DNA of 37,606 nucleotides from Chloroflexota bacterium (lineage in GTDB: Bacteria > Chloroflexota > Anaerolineae > Anaerolineales > UBA4823), in NCBI GenBank assembly GCA_030669775.1, contig DAOVCZ010000001.1, positions 1 to 37,606 on the forward strand, written 5' to 3'. Positions 35,518 to 37,606 of the stretch are shown here, piece by piece (positions within the stretch are counted from its first letter, which is position 1; each line of letters opens with the position of its first letter). A program made the translations under genes and the position numbers. The notes beneath the pieces are model-generated. The model worked only from the letters and a program-made list of their open reading frames with translations, was not told the origin of the DNA and made no database searches.

Positions 35518-36924
35518 GTGGAATCAGCTGATTTTGATATTTACCCGCTTCTAGCCCAAGGTATGGCACCGGATCTGCACTGGTGTTTAGAGGAAGTGCA
35601 AATGGGGGAATTGGCTGCCACACTTGTCGCCATGGCAAACACAGCGGGCGGCACACTTTTCTTAGGTATCAATCCACAGTCAGGAAAAATCCGTGGGGTG
35701 CAGGACGTCCCCTCTGCCCTTGATCGCGTCTTCCGGGCATGTTTGTTTGTTGAACCGACCCTGGTAATACCTGTTCCTAAAACACACCGGGTCGCTCAAG
35801 TTGAGGTGGTGGAAATCATCGTGCCCCAAGGGTTGCCTCATATCTACAGTTTGGAGGGACGTTATTATTGGCGGGAAGGCAGGCAGTCAAACCCAATCCC
35901 ACCCCGTCATTTACGCCAATTACTGGTCGAAAAGGGACTGGTGCTGTTCGAGTCTCGCACTCCTCCAGACATTACTGATCAGGATTTGGATGCCCAGCAG
36001 ATAGAGGCGTATGCCGAAGCGTATTATGCTGCGGTGAAAGTTCCGCAGGGGGACACCCGATCTACGTTTGAGGATCTCCTGCTGCAAAGGGGATGCCTGC
36101 AGAAGGTAAATGGTGAACTACGCCCGACGAATGCAGCACTCTTATTGTTTGGTCGCTCTCCCCAAAGATGGCTGCCAGCTGCCCATATCCTGGCGGCTCG
36201 ATTCACCGGACATTCTTTTGGCGATCGCTTTATCAAACAAGAGATAAATGGTTCATTACCTTCTCAATTACAGCAGGTCGAAAAATTTTTGCGGGCTAAC
36301 TTACAGAGCGTAGTTCGCATGATCGGGTTGCAGCACCAGGGTGCATTGGAATACCCATTTGAGGCGGTCCGTGAATTGGTTGTCAATGCGATCGCCCACC
36401 GGGATTACAACATCCAGGGGGATGGTATCCACTTGAATCTCTTCTCGGATCGATTGGAAGTGACCTCTCCAGGTGGTCTTCCTGGACCGGTGACGATCGA
36501 TAACATCATGGAGGCTCGTTTCTCCCGCAACCCAGTCATCGTTCAGGTGCTGGCAGATCTGGGTTATGTCGAACGGCTGGGATACGGATTAGATCGGGTG
36601 GTTTCCTTAATGCGAGAAAATTCACTTTCACCACCCAGGTTTGAAGAAGTCGCGGGAGCATTCCGAGTCACACTCTACAACACTCCCGCAGAAGAGTTCG
36701 CTCTACCTGATATGTCCCGGTACCAGCTGCTCGATATTAATCCCCGCCAGATATCTGCTCTCAATTACCTGGGAACCCGCCGGCGGATAACAAACCGTGA
36801 ATTCCAGGAGCTGTGTCCGGATGTGCATCCAGAAACCCTGCGCCGGGATTTGGCAGATCTGGTGTCGCGAGGGGTTTTGCTGAAGATTGGGGATAAAAAA
36901 TCCACCTATTACATTCTCAAGTAA
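35518..36924 (+). CDS. AlbA_2 (Schlafen-like divergent AAA) + HATPase_c_4 + C-terminal wHTH protein, often annotated as a RecG-like/transcriptional regulator
   Basis: 468 aa with an N-terminal AMANTAGGTLFLGI motif, central NAIAHRDY..L.V.SPGGLPG and ERLGYGL, and a C-terminal HTH-like region. GTG start. Confidence 0.6.
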   Translation: MESADFDIYPLLAQGMAPDLHWCLEEVQMGELAATLVAMANTAGGTLFLGINPQSGKIRGVQDVPSALDRVFRACLFVEPTLVIPVPKTHRVAQVEVVEIIVPQGLPHIYSLEGRYYWREGRQSNPIPPRHLRQLLVEKGLVLFESRTPPDITDQDLDAQQIEAYAEAYYAAVKVPQGDTRSTFEDLLLQRGCLQKVNGELRPTNAALLLFGRSPQRWLPAAHILAARFTGHSFGDRFIKQEINGSLPSQLQQVEKFLRANLQSVVRMIGLQHQGALEYPFEAVRELVVNAIAHRDYNIQGDGIHLNLFSDRLEVTSPGGLPGPVTIDNIMEARFSRNPVIVQVLADLGYVERLGYGLDRVVSLMRENSLSPPRFEEVAGAFRVTLYNTPAEEFALPDMSRYQLLDINPRQISALNYLGTRRRITNREFQELCPDVHPETLRRDLADLVSRGVLLKIGDKKSTYYILK

Positions 36925-36996
36925 CAGGTTCTGGCCAGCAATTTCCAATTCCGCCTTTGAGTAAGGATTATTGGGAATTCAGGAAGTGTTGAGCGA

Positions 36997-37206
36997 TTAC
37001 GGTCCTGATGCGATATCGATGATCTGGTAAATGCTTCTGGAGGAACGGTCAACCAAATAGAGCTCTCCCTCTTCATCCTCGCCAAAGCTGGATATCTGAT
37101 AAGAAGTATTTTCGAGTTCCTGGTTTTGCCAGGTGCTTCCAGTTTTTAGCAGCCCCCAGATCCTCCCTGAACAATAATCTCCACCGAGATTACTGACAGG
37201 ATTTAC
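36997..37206 (-). pseudogene. C-terminal remnant of a PQQ-dependent glucose/sorbosone dehydrogenase-like beta-propeller
   Basis: Hand translation: ..NLGGDYCSGRIWGLLKTGSTWQNQELENTSYQISSFGEDEEGELYLVDRSSRSIYQIIDIASGP-stop. There is no ATG or GTG in the frame, and an upstream stop lies at 37207..37209. The open frame overlaps the mltG 3' end. Confidence 0.45.
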
Positions 37207-37606
37207 TTAAGTGTTCGTCAAAGGTCTCTGAAAACGTATGTCTCCCAGAATCATCACAGGTTGCTCGGAAGTAGTAGTACGGGGACTGAGCGGGGAATGC
37301 TACTGCACGCAGGGCGCGAATTCCAGGATTGGCGATCGGTCCTGGGGGTAAGCCAGCATAGAGGTAGGTATTGTAGGGTGAGTCAAATTGTAAATCGCGA
37401 CTGCTCAGGGGATTCGTCCACCAGGTATTTTGTTTCTGGTTGAATCCGCGGGCATACTGGACGGTAGAATCAGCTTCCAATGCCATCCCGATCGCCAGGC
37501 GGTTGAGAAAAACGGAGGCGATCATGGGCATTTCTTCAGCCACCACTGCTTCGCGCTCCACAATCGAAGCCAATGTGACAGCTTGATAAACATCCAAACC
37601 CTGAGC
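37190..37606 (-). CDS. mltG: Endolytic murein transglycosylase MltG/YceG; N-terminus off the window
   Basis: ASIVEREA, FLNRL, PYNTYLYAGLPPGPIANPG and YYYFRA motifs. The frame is open to the window end. Confidence 0.85.
   Translation of the reverse strand, partial: AQGLDVYQAVTLASIVEREAVVAEEMPMIASVFLNRLAIGMALEADSTVQYARGFNQKQNTWWTNPLSSRDLQFDSPYNTYLYAGLPPGPIANPGIRALRAVAFPAQSPYYYFRATCDDSGRHTFSETFDEHLSKSCQ

Overview
The window is mostly housekeeping chromosome on one long minus-strand run; gene content and roughly 50% GC look Chloroflexota/Anaerolineae-like, which is inference only. It carries origin-proximal hallmark genes: parB, parA, and the rpmH-rnpA-yidD-yidC-jag cluster. rpmH is missing from the ORF track and I found it by hand. 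Next come three envelope proteases (HtrA, YugP-like, CtpA), mutL, and a translationally coupled cassette of response regulator/CpaE-like ATPase, sirtuin and GAF histidine kinase. Then tilS, a MoaD-like gene with an in-frame TGA convergent on a tungsten-type aldehyde:ferredoxin oxidoreductase, a DUF47 gene and a tyrosine-recombinase-like gene that has lost its catalytic residues. An HD/SanA pair, an unusual ABC importer locus, folC, lon, an AlbA_2/HATPase_c_4 protein and mltG complete the window. I see no canonical defence island, CRISPR array, prophage, tRNA or rRNA. The best candidates for something undescribed are four. (1) The ABC locus has a two-domain binding lipoprotein (family-3 amino-acid type fused to PhnD type), two unrelated permease types and only one ATPase, and is split by an 872-bp nest of small repeat elements. 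(2) The RR-CpaE/sirtuin/kinase cassette. (3) The catalytically degenerate recombinase-like protein. (4) A recurrent TATAAT-N6/9-start-codon arrangement implying leaderless mRNAs. All family calls come from motifs I recognise by eye; no searches were run.
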